Shown: piece after piece, positions 36,341-47,898 of the stretch
Layout: each line of letters opens with the position of its first letter
Numbering within the stretch: position 1 is the stretch's first letter
From: a virus
Virus record (IMG/VR): IMGVR_UViG_3300025096_002712
Span: 1-64,000 of that record
Length of the DNA: 64,000 nt
Strand: one strand, 5' to 3'
The notes under the pieces: generated by a model
Told to the model about the DNA's origin: nothing
Database searches by the model: none
The model's input: the letters and a program-made list of their open reading frames with translations, nothing else
Position numbers and translations under genes: made by a program

Positions 36341-39300
36341 TTGGCAGTTCCAAAACGTATAAATCCACTTATTGGATTAAAAGACCTTGATGTTTATGTA
36401 GAAGATACTGAATTTGATTCAGCGTATTTTAGAGTTTTAGAGTGCCCATCAGTACTTACACAGGGTAAGAGTAGTTTTCTTGTGGGGGGTTCTAATTTTT
36501 TAAAACCTGGAGTTGATGTTAAATTTGAAATAGTTCACGATATAACAAATGAGGTTATTTATACAGAGGCAGTTAGAGGTCATTTAGAAGGAGATTTACG
36601 AAGAGTTTCAATAGAAGTTTATGAGGATATTATTCCTGGTCCTGCTACATTATATATTGTTGGTGAATTAAATCCACAAACTATAGATGTAGAAATTCCT
36701 ATTTCTTGGCAAAATATTTATAATGTAAGGTGGACAAAAAATGTTACGATAAATGCAGCAGGAATCAATACTCAACCTATTTATTTTTATAAACAACCAA
36801 GTATAAATGTATCCGAAATATTCAGGGGATATTTGGTTTCTGATCCACCACCTACAGTTACAACATATTTAACTGGAAGTGGTGATCCACGACAGGGATT
36901 ATCTTCAATAGCTCCTGTTCAAAATGTAACATCTAATGGACAACAAACTACTGCAACTTATCCAGAAAAAGATTTTGCAGATAAAGCAAATTTGGCAAAA
37001 ATTGAAGAAAATAAACCTATAAATAAACTTACTGGTAAACAAGGACATATAGGTAAACAAGGTAAATTATTACAGAAAAGTTCTCCATCACCAGATGATT
37101 ATTTAATATCGGTCAGTAGTATTTCTCCTGTTAGTAGTTCTTATATAGGACATACTTTTACAATTAATAACCCACAAGTTGATTCGTCAAAATTTCAATT
37201 AGATTCTTATCATACAGTTCCAACGGTTTATACTGCATCTGTAATGAAAATTATTGATGAAACTACTTTTGTACCATCGAGTGTTTTTTATATTAATGAT
37301 ACGAGAACAACACCATCAACTCTTGTTCCCGCCCCACTCGGTAATCAATATATTACCGCAAGTTATCAAAACCTACCAAATCAAAATATATCAGCAAATA
37401 ATTTCTTTTCTTTTGCAGATGTAGAGTTATCTGATTTAAGAACATTTAGTGGTGATGTCCACAAAGTTAAAGTTTATGCAAAAAGTGAAGGTTCACTTGG
37501 AGATTTTGAAAAAATATATGATTCACCGATAGAAAGTTCAGAGATTTTATTAGATAGTTCCGACCTTACTCTATTGGGTAATATGGGTTATATTCAAGAC
37601 CTAAGTAGACTTAATTCTTATTGGGAAATATATCAAGGAAGTGATGGAAATGGTGGAAGTGGAACATTAAGTTATAGTTCTGCTTATATTGTTGATTCGA
37701 TGAAAATATCTGGATCAAATACACAATATGATGATGTATTAAGAGTCCAACTAAAAAAGGATGTTAGTTTTGTAGCAGGAAATACATATACCTTTCGAGC
37801 TTCCCTGTATGGGATAAAAGATTCAGTACAAACTATTAATGGAACTACAATAAATGATGGAAAGTTTGAAATATATGTTTCTGGTTCAGCATTTAATAAA
37901 GATACGACAGAGGGTTCACAATGGGGTATTAAAAAATTAAGTGTTCCAGATTTTCCCGATGGAGTTGGTAGTTATAATTTCGGTACAGTAGAGGGAGATT
38001 TTATAGCAGATAATACTGGTACTGGTAGGATTCAATTTAAAGTTCCATCGGGACAATGGTATGTGTCTGATGTTTCTGTTAAAGCATCGGCCGATACTGC
38101 ATTTAATCCAGAATATGTTAGAGTTGTTGCACCTATGCCACAATTATATGCACGGCCAGACCAAGTAAGATTTTTAGTAGAGTTTTACGATGTAAATAAT
38201 AATATAGCAGATTCGGTTATATTTAGTGATTATTTTACATTTCAAGGTGAAAATGTTTCTATAGGTGGAACTGATAATATATTGAGTGGTTCAATGTTCA
38301 TCTCAAACGCTACTGGTAGTGGTATAGAAATGGCTGGTATTGGTTCTGGATTCATTCGTTCTATGGGATATAAAGGATTTACAAGTGCATCTTCTTATCC
38401 AACGAGTGGTTCTGGATTTATGATGTGGAGTGGTTCTGTTTTATCTGATATAACAAGTGATTATACTCAAGGTGGAGTCGGATTAGAATTAGTAGGACAT
38501 AGTGGAAGTTATTTTAAGTTTAAAACAAATCCAAGTGAACTTGATATAAGAACAGATAAGTTTTTTATAGGTCAAGAGTCTATTCAATACATGAGTGGAT
38601 CTGATAGGAATATTGAAATCAGTTCTTCTTTATTTTGGTTAGATCCTAAAAATGATAGACTTATAATAGGTGCAGATGCCACTATTAATGCAGATTTAAG
38701 TGTAAATAATATATTTGCACCCGCTGGTACTAATATTTTAACTGCTAAAGCGGCAATTACATCACAAGGTTTTGCAAAATTTGTATCTGCTTCTATTGGG
38801 GCATTTAAACTTAACAATGATTCCTTGTTTTCTGGACCCCATAACAAACCAAATTTTTACATAAGTGGTTCCGCAACAGGTACAGATTATTTTATATCAT
38901 CTTCAAACTTTCAAGTAAGGGCAAGTGGTGAAGTTTCTGCATCATCATTAAAATTAAGTGGTGGAGATGTTGGTGGATTAACTGTTACTGAAGGTCAAGT
39001 GGCAGTAGGTGAGATTTTAAAATTAAAAGATAGTGGTGATATAACAGGTTCTGCAGTATTACTTGGTGATAAATCTATAAGTCAATATCTACAATATAAA
39101 AATAATTCATTAGTAGTTAGAGGGGATATTACAGTTGATTCTATCACAACACCAGCAACTATAGGTGGGGCAGCATCAACACCAGCTAACGCATCTGCAT
39201 CTATTGATTCGAGTGGTAATGCAATATTTAAATCTGGTTCTATTGCTGGGTGGAAAATAATTGGAAATTTATTATCGGGTTCAAATGCAACATTGGATGC

Positions 39301-42300
39301 AGATGGGGCGGCGTTATATATGTCCACAAAAGGACCAGATACAGATAGTGCGGCAGCATTTGACCAATTAAGAGATGAATATTATATTGATTTTACACCC
39401 GCAGACCAAGGTAATACTACAAATTATTATGTTAAGTTTGGTCCTAATTTTATGGTGGATAGTGATGGTATTCTTATAGCAAGTGGAGCAAAGTTTGAGG
39501 GAACTATAACTGCTTCTGCAGGTAGTATTGGTGGAGCATCAATAGAAAGTGCATCATTGGCTTATTCACCATATTGGAGAATATCATCTTCCGCAGCAAC
39601 AGATGATCCAGTATCGTTTATCTCATCAAGTCAATTTAAAGTTTCTGCAGATGGACGGATAACTGCAAGTGCAGCAAATATAGAAGGAAAGATAACTGCT
39701 ACAAGTGGTAAAATTGCAAATTGGGACATAATAGGTGATACACTTTCAAGTGTTAACGTTTCCAATAAAGGTATCCTACTTGATGCGGATGCATCAACAC
39801 CAATTATTGAAATTAGAGAAGATGATAATAATCGTTTACAATTATATCACACTACTTCTACTAATTGGGGTATTATAGGAAGAGCAGGTGGTACTAATTT
39901 ATTCCGATTGGGGAGTACAAATCAAATTGCAGGTTGGGCAATAAGTGGAAGTTATATTTCTAAGGCTATAAGTGGTTCAGTTGCACATCAAGATTATACG
40001 AGAGTTTATATGTCATCTGTCAATGACAATGCTAAAAATATTACAGAAGGTTTTAGTCTATATAGAAAAGATGAAGATACAGATAATGGAGCTACAAAGA
40101 TAGTTAGACTTGGTGGATTAAGTGATACTACTGATTTACATGCAAATGATGATTATGGTTTACAAGTAATAAGACAAGATACTGCTGGAAATTATTCTAA
40201 CCTTTTATATATTGGTTCGGGAAGTCAAACGATATCTGGTTGGAATATATCAACTACTGGATTTACTAATACTGGAATTGAATTATCTTCAACACAAGCT
40301 TCAATGTCGTTGGGAACTAACCGAGCGATTATTTTAAAAGGTGGAACTGCCAATCCATATATCAGTATTGGTCAATCAACAATTGCTTATGGTGAAGATG
40401 GATTATTACTTGCATACATCGGTACAGATCCAGTAGTTTCTTTTGTAGGAAGTGGTGGTTATCTTAAATTCAATGGTAGTACGATAGATATACAAACAGA
40501 TACTTTAAAGGCAAGTGGTAGTAATATTATATTAGAAGCACCAAGATTTTTCTTAGGTGGACAATCACAATATGTTAGTGGATCCAATGGAAACATAGAA
40601 ATCAGTTCTTCTAATTTTCATCTTACTAATGCAGGCGATGTTACAATGGCAGGTACTGTTACTGCTACAGCAGGTGAAATTGGTGGTTTTAGTATCAGTA
40701 GTGATGCAATTTATTCAGGAACTAATTTTTATTTAAGTGGTTCATCGAGTGGAAACAATTACTTTCTATCATCTTCTAATTTTAATATAAAGGCAAGTGG
40801 AGATATAACAGGTTCACAAGTATTATTTAGTGGTGGTAAAGTTGCTGGATGGGATTTAAGTAGTACAAGAATAACATCTCCTGATGGGGATATGAGATTA
40901 ACTTCGGGTAATCCAAAAATAACAATCGGTACACATACAATAGGAAATGGTCCAGGAATACAATTAGGTTACGATAGTGGTAATACATTAACATTTTTTG
41001 CTGGACAGAGTGGAACGGATTACATAAAATATACTGCTGGAACTGGAGTAGATATAAAAACAGCCGTTTTTAAACTTGATACAGATAATTTAGATATTAA
41101 TAGTGCAAATGGTGGATCTGTTGCACTTGGTACAACACCTAATACAAGTATTAGTGGTACGAATAAAGGTATCTTTATGAGTGGAAGTGGAGATTTCTTA
41201 CTTTATGGAAGTGCTACTAACTATTTTAAGTTTGATGCTACCGCAACTGCTATTGATATTAAATCAGATACTTTTGATTTGGCCACAACAACAATGATAT
41301 TGGATAGTGGAGTAAATAGTGGTAAAATAGCACTTGGAAATACACCACCAACTTCAGTAGCTTATACAGCCAACTCAGGTGTCTATATGGATGGTACTGG
41401 GGATTTTTTAGTTAGAGGTGATGCAAGTAACTATATAAAAATGTACTCCAATACCATTGATATTAAATCAGAAGTATTTGATTTAGATGCAGGTACATTA
41501 CTATTAAGTAGTGCAACCAATGGTGGTAAAATAGCACTTGGTGGAACGCCACCGACAGCATATAATAGTGGTGTGGGTGTCTACCTTGATGGTACAGGCA
41601 AAGCATTAATAGGAAACTCAACTGGTTCTATGGTACAATTCGATGGAGCTACCTTAATAATGAGTGCATCTAAATTTTATTTGGGTGGAAGTAGTCAATA
41701 TGTTAGTGGATCTAATGGAAACATAGAAATAAGTTCTTCTAATTTCTATCTTGACAATAGTGGTAATGTTACAATGGCGGGAACTATTACAGCAACCGCG
41801 GGTGCAATAGGTGGTTCTACTATAACATCCGATGCATTAGCTTATTCACCATATTGGAGAATATCAGCATCAAACGCCACATCAGATCCAGTATCATTTA
41901 TATCATCAAGTGCATTTAAAGTATCGGCTGGTGGTAATATAACTGGTTCATCAGTAAACTTTACGGGTGGTAAAATTGCAGGATTTACAATAGCAACTAC
42001 TGGTATAACATCTACAGGAATTGGTGTACATCCAACTGGACAAACATACGCATTTACTGCTGGTGGGAGTAATGAGTTTAATGTAAAACATAGTGGACAA
42101 ATAACGGGTTCTAATGTAAAATTTACTGGTGGTCAAATTGGTGGATGGGAAATAGATTCTGATGAAATAAAGAGTTCCGTTGTTACTATGAGTTCCGCAA
42201 CTCAAAGGATAGAAGTATCTGATGGAAGTGGTAATACGAGAGTAAGAATTGGTGAAGTAGATACAACTGCTGCAAGTAAATATGGTTTGGTTATTTTTGA

Positions 42301-45300
42301 TGGTTCTGGAACTGCATATAGTGATGAGATAGTTCACCTTGGAGATGCAAGAAATCAAATAGCAAGTTGGTCATTAAGTACATCTCAAATTTCAAGTAAT
42401 AATCTTATATTAGATTCGAGTGGAATCATACAAACATCAGATTTTGCAAGTGGTGTTAAGGGTTGGAGAATAACATCGGCAAATAATGGTGAGGCAGAAT
42501 TTGAAAAGGTTACTATTAGAGGAACATTGGCTACTACTGTATTTGAAAAAGAATCTGTAAGTGCCGTAGGTGGTCAATTATATGTAGCCAATTCAACTAT
42601 TATATCACAATCAACACAACTAGCAGCATCAGATACGACAATGAGTGTTGCAAATGTAGGTGGGTTTACTGGTAGTTACAATAATAATAATGGGGAAGTT
42701 ATATCTATTAAGAAAGTTACCGACACAGGATTTACAACAGAGTATGTTTTAATTCAAAGTGCATCAAGAGATAATCCTTCAAGTGATAAAGATTTAAGAG
42801 GTAAGTTATATGTAGTTCGTGGATATAGTGGTTCAACACCAGCAGATAGTAGTTCTCTTGGAGATGCTGCACAATCAGCTCAGACTTATGAAAATGGTCA
42901 AGTAATTGTTTCAACAGGTCGCGTCAATACTGGATATATTAGATTAAATGCTAATCCAAATGATACTACAACACCTTATATTGATATTGTTGAAAGAACT
43001 GGTTCTGCAATTTATGATGTAAGTTTAAAGGCAAGACTTGGGGATTTAAGTGGTTTAAGTAGTGGATTATTATATGGAAATACTTCTCCTGGATTTGGAT
43101 TATTTACAGAAAATGTATTCTTACAAGGTGCCATAACAGCCACAACTGGTTCATTTACAGGAATTGTACATATCAGAACTGATGCAAGTAATCAGATAAA
43201 AATGGGTACTAATGTTAATGGTAACGCCGATGGATTTTCCTTAAATAATAATAACTTTTGGTATACGACTGGTGATTTTAGAGTAGGTGGTGCTAGTAGT
43301 AATTATTTTTACATATCTGGTTCTACAATAGATATAAAAACAGATACATTAGTTGCAAGTGGAAGTTCAATACAATTAAAAACACCAAACTTTTATTTTG
43401 GTGATAGTTCCAATTATATAAGTGGAAGTGGTGGAAAAGTAGCAATAGTAAATACAGGTACAACAACCATAAGTGGAAGTGCAGTAAATATCCAAACACC
43501 TAAGTTTTATTTTGGAAACTCTCAAAATTTCATAAGTGGTTCAAATGATAATATTAAAATACAAAGTTATGGTACTACAACATTAAGTGGAAGTGAAGTA
43601 ACAATAGAAACTCCATCATTTTTCTTTGGTAAGAAAAGTACACAATTTGTAAGCGGCTCAAATGGTTATGTAGAAATAAGCTCGTCTAAATTTCATATAC
43701 AGGCAGATGGTGATGTCATAGCAAATAATATAACAGCGTCTAATATATCAATGTCAGGTGTTGTAAATGCCAGCGAAGGTGGTATTGGTGGTTGGGTTAT
43801 AGGATCTAATAAGATTTATACAGGAACGAATGAAACTGTAAGTGGATATACATCAGCCAATGGAAGATTAATATTATCTTCAAGTGGTGCAATTCATGCA
43901 AAAGGATTTTATGTTACAAAAGGTGGAAATGCATCTTTTAGTGGTTCTATATCTTCAAGTGAAGGTAATATAGCTGGTTGGACAATAGATGCAGATGAAA
44001 TAAAATCACCTGGTAGTACGGTAGTATTAGACTCAGATTCGAGTAATGGACAAATAAAATTAGGTTCAGCAACAGCTCTTAATACTGGTGATGGTATTTA
44101 CATGGATGGTGGTGGTAACTTTAGAGCCGGCGACGCAAATGGTAAGAGAATTCAATGGGATGGTACTAATATAACAGTAAGTGCTTCTGATTTCTTTTTC
44201 GGAGATAATTCAAATTATATAAGTGGAAGTGGTGGAAACTTAGCCATACAAAATACAGGTACAACAACTATAAGTGGAAGTGCAGTAAATATCCAAACAC
44301 CTAAGTTTTTCATGGGTGGAAGTAGTCAATATGTTAGTGGATCCAATGGAAACATCGAAATCAGTTCTTCTAATTTCCATCTTTCATCAAGTGGTGATGT
44401 TACAATGGCGGGAACTATTACTGCAACCGAGGGAGCAATAGGTGGTTCTACTATAACATCCGACGCATTAGCTTATTCACCATATTGGAGAATATCATCT
44501 TCTGCAGATACATCAGATCCTGTATCATTTATATCATCAAGTGCATTTAAAGTATCGGCTGGTGGTAATATAACTGGTTCGAGTGTTTTATTCGATGGTG
44601 GAAAAGTCGGTGGTTGGACAATTACAGAAAATCAATTAGAGGCCAATAATATTAAAATAAATGCAGCAAGTGGTTACATTGAAGCAGGAGAGTTGAGTAA
44701 TGTTAATGATATTGATGACACATCAGTAGGATTTTTCGCAAATAAAGATGGTGAAGTACTAATTAAAGCTGGAACTTCCGCAAATAAAAATTATATGCAG
44801 TTCAAAAATGGTACTTTAGATATCAATAGTGATAAAGTACATATCAGCGGAAGTCAGATAACATTGAAAACTCCTGATTTTTATTTTGGTGATAGTTCCA
44901 ATTATATAAGTGGTAGTGGTGGAAACTTAGCCATAGTAAATACTGGAACCACAACCATAAGTGGAAGTGCAGTAACAATTGAAACACCAAGATTCTTTTT
45001 GGGTCAGAAAAGTACACAATATATAAGTGGTTCACTCGGAAATGTAGAGATTAGTTCTTCAAAATTTCATTTACAAGCAGATGGTGATGTCATAGCAAAT
45101 AATATAACGGCATCTAATATATCAATGTCAGGTGTTGTAAATTCAAGTGCTGGTACAATTGGTGGATGGAAAATATTACCTGGGGTATTAAAATCACCTG
45201 GTGAGAATGTTATATTGTCCGCATCAAATGGTGGTTATATATCACTTGGTGCAACACCACCCATAACAGCATCAAGTGGTGTCGGTATATTCCTATCTGG

Positions 45301-46468
45301 TTCAGGTGATTTATTAGTTGGCGATAGTGGTGGTAATAAGATTCAATATGATGCATCTGTAGGTTCTATTAATATGAAGTCTCGTACTTTTAATTTAGAT
45401 GCAACAACAATAGTTGTGGATTCTGCTACAAATAATGGTAAAATGGCACTTGGTGGTACACCACCAACTTCTGTTGCATCAACAGTTACTGGAAGTTATC
45501 TTGATGGGTTTGGAAATGTTTTATTTAGACAGAGTGCAGATGATTATTTAAAATTTACCAATAGAAAGTTGGATATGCATGCTAAAAGCTTTTTCTTGGG
45601 TGGAGCATCACAATATGTAAGTGGAAGTGGTGGAAACTTAAAAATATATAGTACTGGAGATACAACACTTAGTGGAAGTTCTGTTACGGTAGAAACACCT
45701 AAGTTTTTCTTAGGTAAACAAGGTTCTCAATATGTAAGTGGAAGTAACAATCTTCTTGAGATAAGCTCATCTAAGTTTCATTTGAAAAATGATGGTAGTG
45801 TTACAATGACTGGTAATGTTACTGCTACTACTGGAGAAATTGGTGGTTATGTAATAAGTAGTACAGCTATGTCTGCTTCATCAGGTGGTGTTATTATTAC
45901 AACAAATGCAAATGCTGACATTTATCAAGGTGGTGGAGCCTATCTCGACAATGTACCATATATGTATGCAGAAAATGCTATATTTGGTGATTGGGATAAC
46001 TACTTTAGAGTTTTTGATGGTAGAATGTACGCAGGTAAAGGAATACAAACTCAGGGAATTTGGTTAGATGCAAATGATACGACCTTAAAATTAGGTGCTG
46101 ATAATCCAAAACTCATGACATACACATCTAAAACTGGAATATTCTTATCGGGATCTGGACATTTTAGAGTTGGTTCACCTACTGGTTCAAGGGTATCATT
46201 TGACACTACAAACCTTATAATAAGTACCAGTAATTTTGATGTTATAGGTGGTGCAGTAACCGCAAGCGCTGGTTCAATTGCAGACTGGACAATTACGACA
46301 TCAAGTTTGGAATCAAACACGGATGACCTTAGAGGACTTAAACTGAAACCAGGGGATAGAGTAGTTGGATACGGGCCCACGGCACATACAAAACAGACTA
46401 TATCTGGTTCGTTTAGTTTTGGAGTTTTACCAACACCTCCAGGTGAAGGTGGCGGAATAGCTTGGTAA
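36341..46468 (+). CDS. Giant (3375 aa) repetitive tail fibre/adhesin
   Basis: TTG start after GGAGA. Many 'G.IGGW.I' and 'QYVSGSNGNIEISSSNFHL' beta-repeats; Ser/Gly/Thr-rich. Confidence 0.75.
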   Translation: MAVPKRINPLIGLKDLDVYVEDTEFDSAYFRVLECPSVLTQGKSSFLVGGSNFLKPGVDVKFEIVHDITNEVIYTEAVRGHLEGDLRRVSIEVYEDIIPGPATLYIVGELNPQTIDVEIPISWQNIYNVRWTKNVTINAAGINTQPIYFYKQPSINVSEIFRGYLVSDPPPTVTTYLTGSGDPRQGLSSIAPVQNVTSNGQQTTATYPEKDFADKANLAKIEENKPINKLTGKQGHIGKQGKLLQKSSPSPDDYLISVSSISPVSSSYIGHTFTINNPQVDSSKFQLDSYHTVPTVYTASVMKIIDETTFVPSSVFYINDTRTTPSTLVPAPLGNQYITASYQNLPNQNISANNFFSFADVELSDLRTFSGDVHKVKVYAKSEGSLGDFEKIYDSPIESSEILLDSSDLTLLGNMGYIQDLSRLNSYWEIYQGSDGNGGSGTLSYSSAYIVDSMKISGSNTQYDDVLRVQLKKDVSFVAGNTYTFRASLYGIKDSVQTINGTTINDGKFEIYVSGSAFNKDTTEGSQWGIKKLSVPDFPDGVGSYNFGTVEGDFIADNTGTGRIQFKVPSGQWYVSDVSVKASADTAFNPEYVRVVAPMPQLYARPDQVRFLVEFYDVNNNIADSVIFSDYFTFQGENVSIGGTDNILSGSMFISNATGSGIEMAGIGSGFIRSMGYKGFTSASSYPTSGSGFMMWSGSVLSDITSDYTQGGVGLELVGHSGSYFKFKTNPSELDIRTDKFFIGQESIQYMSGSDRNIEISSSLFWLDPKNDRLIIGADATINADLSVNNIFAPAGTNILTAKAAITSQGFAKFVSASIGAFKLNNDSLFSGPHNKPNFYISGSATGTDYFISSSNFQVRASGEVSASSLKLSGGDVGGLTVTEGQVAVGEILKLKDSGDITGSAVLLGDKSISQYLQYKNNSLVVRGDITVDSITTPATIGGAASTPANASASIDSSGNAIFKSGSIAGWKIIGNLLSGSNATLDADGAALYMSTKGPDTDSAAAFDQLRDEYYIDFTPADQGNTTNYYVKFGPNFMVDSDGILIASGAKFEGTITASAGSIGGASIESASLAYSPYWRISSSAATDDPVSFISSSQFKVSADGRITASAANIEGKITATSGKIANWDIIGDTLSSVNVSNKGILLDADASTPIIEIREDDNNRLQLYHTTSTNWGIIGRAGGTNLFRLGSTNQIAGWAISGSYISKAISGSVAHQDYTRVYMSSVNDNAKNITEGFSLYRKDEDTDNGATKIVRLGGLSDTTDLHANDDYGLQVIRQDTAGNYSNLLYIGSGSQTISGWNISTTGFTNTGIELSSTQASMSLGTNRAIILKGGTANPYISIGQSTIAYGEDGLLLAYIGTDPVVSFVGSGGYLKFNGSTIDIQTDTLKASGSNIILEAPRFFLGGQSQYVSGSNGNIEISSSNFHLTNAGDVTMAGTVTATAGEIGGFSISSDAIYSGTNFYLSGSSSGNNYFLSSSNFNIKASGDITGSQVLFSGGKVAGWDLSSTRITSPDGDMRLTSGNPKITIGTHTIGNGPGIQLGYDSGNTLTFFAGQSGTDYIKYTAGTGVDIKTAVFKLDTDNLDINSANGGSVALGTTPNTSISGTNKGIFMSGSGDFLLYGSATNYFKFDATATAIDIKSDTFDLATTTMILDSGVNSGKIALGNTPPTSVAYTANSGVYMDGTGDFLVRGDASNYIKMYSNTIDIKSEVFDLDAGTLLLSSATNGGKIALGGTPPTAYNSGVGVYLDGTGKALIGNSTGSMVQFDGATLIMSASKFYLGGSSQYVSGSNGNIEISSSNFYLDNSGNVTMAGTITATAGAIGGSTITSDALAYSPYWRISASNATSDPVSFISSSAFKVSAGGNITGSSVNFTGGKIAGFTIATTGITSTGIGVHPTGQTYAFTAGGSNEFNVKHSGQITGSNVKFTGGQIGGWEIDSDEIKSSVVTMSSATQRIEVSDGSGNTRVRIGEVDTTAASKYGLVIFDGSGTAYSDEIVHLGDARNQIASWSLSTSQISSNNLILDSSGIIQTSDFASGVKGWRITSANNGEAEFEKVTIRGTLATTVFEKESVSAVGGQLYVANSTIISQSTQLAASDTTMSVANVGGFTGSYNNNNGEVISIKKVTDTGFTTEYVLIQSASRDNPSSDKDLRGKLYVVRGYSGSTPADSSSLGDAAQSAQTYENGQVIVSTGRVNTGYIRLNANPNDTTTPYIDIVERTGSAIYDVSLKARLGDLSGLSSGLLYGNTSPGFGLFTENVFLQGAITATTGSFTGIVHIRTDASNQIKMGTNVNGNADGFSLNNNNFWYTTGDFRVGGASSNYFYISGSTIDIKTDTLVASGSSIQLKTPNFYFGDSSNYISGSGGKVAIVNTGTTTISGSAVNIQTPKFYFGNSQNFISGSNDNIKIQSYGTTTLSGSEVTIETPSFFFGKKSTQFVSGSNGYVEISSSKFHIQADGDVIANNITASNISMSGVVNASEGGIGGWVIGSNKIYTGTNETVSGYTSANGRLILSSSGAIHAKGFYVTKGGNASFSGSISSSEGNIAGWTIDADEIKSPGSTVVLDSDSSNGQIKLGSATALNTGDGIYMDGGGNFRAGDANGKRIQWDGTNITVSASDFFFGDNSNYISGSGGNLAIQNTGTTTISGSAVNIQTPKFFMGGSSQYVSGSNGNIEISSSNFHLSSSGDVTMAGTITATEGAIGGSTITSDALAYSPYWRISSSADTSDPVSFISSSAFKVSAGGNITGSSVLFDGGKVGGWTITENQLEANNIKINAASGYIEAGELSNVNDIDDTSVGFFANKDGEVLIKAGTSANKNYMQFKNGTLDINSDKVHISGSQITLKTPDFYFGDSSNYISGSGGNLAIVNTGTTTISGSAVTIETPRFFLGQKSTQYISGSLGNVEISSSKFHLQADGDVIANNITASNISMSGVVNSSAGTIGGWKILPGVLKSPGENVILSASNGGYISLGATPPITASSGVGIFLSGSGDLLVGDSGGNKIQYDASVGSINMKSRTFNLDATTIVVDSATNNGKMALGGTPPTSVASTVTGSYLDGFGNVLFRQSADDYLKFTNRKLDMHAKSFFLGGASQYVSGSGGNLKIYSTGDTTLSGSSVTVETPKFFLGKQGSQYVSGSNNLLEISSSKFHLKNDGSVTMTGNVTATTGEIGGYVISSTAMSASSGGVIITTNANADIYQGGGAYLDNVPYMYAENAIFGDWDNYFRVFDGRMYAGKGIQTQGIWLDANDTTLKLGADNPKLMTYTSKTGIFLSGSGHFRVGSPTGSRVSFDTTNLIISTSNFDVIGGAVTASAGSIADWTITTSSLESNTDDLRGLKLKPGDRVVGYGPTAHTKQTISGSFSFGVLPTPPGEGGGIAW
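41681..44580 (+). repeat. About 270-bp near-identical direct repeats (about 41681-41950 and about 44312-44580) inside the fibre gene
   Basis: Both encode GGSSQYVSGSNGNIEISSSNF...ITSDALAYSPYWRIS...SDPVSFISSSAFKVSAGGNITGS. Partial copies lie near 39540-39650 and 40555-40690; a second family lies at about 43380-43790, 44190-44310 and 44870-45170. Confidence 0.85.
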
Positions 46469-46512
46469 CATAATGAAAAAATTATTAATATATATAATAA
46501 AGGAGTTTTAAA

Positions 46513-47898
46513 ATGGCACAAATTTTACCATTTAAATTAAATATTGAAACCGTAAAAGGCCATACAATATCATATGCAACATCATCATTTGCAAAAACAG
46601 ATGAGGCCGGCCTTAGTGGATCTGTTATTTTAAGTAGAATAGATTCTATGCCTTCTATATCTTATAGTTCAAACGAAGTAATAGGAGGTGCAGCCTCACC
46701 GGCACACACTTTTTCACATGCAAATAATATTTGGATTTCTGCTTCAATGAATAGTACACATCACGGGTCAGGTTCAATTACATTTCATCATACAGATTCA
46801 TCGGATGTGAATGATAGATTAAAAAGATATAGATTTTTTGGTGATAAAGTATGTGCTGTTCTTGGATTACCTTCACGTCATTGGATATATCCAGTCAATT
46901 TTCAATTGTCCGATGCAACTGGTGTAGCAAATTATTTTGCTGGGGATGTATCTGCAGACTCTTTGAATGTTGCAAATAGTTTTAATATGTCACCGCTAGC
47001 CTCATCTACATCACATGTCAGACTTAATGCTACATCAGGAAGTAATGATGTGTTTTTCTTAGTTTCAAGTGGATCAGGTGCCTTTCAAAAAAATATGATA
47101 CAGATTGGGTATAATACAGATGATGATAAGTTTGTTATACGAGGTGGAACTGGAGAAAGTAGTCAAGGGGCTTATATTGATGATTTCATAAGTGTAACAT
47201 CTAATTATGTCGATTCGTGGTATTTCAGACAAAAAGCAGTTACTGATTCTTATATAAAGCTTTATAGTGATAGTTTCACCTATAAATCAGAAGGTGAGGA
47301 TTGTGTATATTTTGAGAAAATATCATCTAGCCCTCCAAGACGGAGATATAGGTTTGGTAATCCAGGCGTCAATGGTGTTCCTTCTGAAGTAGGCATTGAA
47401 TCAGATTTCATTTTTTCTGCATCAGGATCTGCTAATGGTATGAATTATACAATTTGTGCTAAAGGTGAAAAAGATGAGGGTTTTGTTGGAATACGAGAAC
47501 AGAGTCCGTCTTATCCACTTGAAGTTTCCGAGCACGTTTCAAATATATCTATATACGCAGAATATGATGTAGCAGCTTATTCGGATATTAGAGTTAAAAC
47601 GGATATAGAAACTATTACTGAACCATTAGATAAAGTATTAAAATTAAGAGGTGTTACTTTTAGAAGAACTGATGATAGTGCAAGTGATAGAGTAATGATG
47701 GGATTAATTGCACAAGAAACCGAACCTATTGTACCTGAAGTTGTTGTTACAAATGAAAATCCTGAAAGTGGTAAACGATATGGACATAAATCAATTTCAT
47801 ATGGAAACCTTGTAGGATTATTAATAGAGGCAGTAAAAGAACAACAAGAACAAATAGAAGAATTAAAACAACAAGTAAAGGAGATAAAAGATGGTTAA
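46513..47898 (+). CDS. Tail fibre/spike with a C-terminal peptidase S74 intramolecular chaperone
   Basis: 'YSDIRVKTDI', 'GLIAQETE..VPEVV' and 'ISYGNLVGLLIEAVKEQQ' plus a coiled coil. Confidence 0.85.
   Translation: MAQILPFKLNIETVKGHTISYATSSFAKTDEAGLSGSVILSRIDSMPSISYSSNEVIGGAASPAHTFSHANNIWISASMNSTHHGSGSITFHHTDSSDVNDRLKRYRFFGDKVCAVLGLPSRHWIYPVNFQLSDATGVANYFAGDVSADSLNVANSFNMSPLASSTSHVRLNATSGSNDVFFLVSSGSGAFQKNMIQIGYNTDDDKFVIRGGTGESSQGAYIDDFISVTSNYVDSWYFRQKAVTDSYIKLYSDSFTYKSEGEDCVYFEKISSSPPRRRYRFGNPGVNGVPSEVGIESDFIFSASGSANGMNYTICAKGEKDEGFVGIREQSPSYPLEVSEHVSNISIYAEYDVAAYSDIRVKTDIETITEPLDKVLKLRGVTFRRTDDSASDRVMMGLIAQETEPIVPEVVVTNENPESGKRYGHKSISYGNLVGLLIEAVKEQQEQIEELKQQVKEIKDG

Noticed and set aside
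41681-44580. Repeat pair as a diversity-generating retroelement TR/VR
   Set aside because: Mismatches are not adenine-specific and are largely synonymous, both copies are in-frame inside one gene, and no reverse transcriptase is present in the window.
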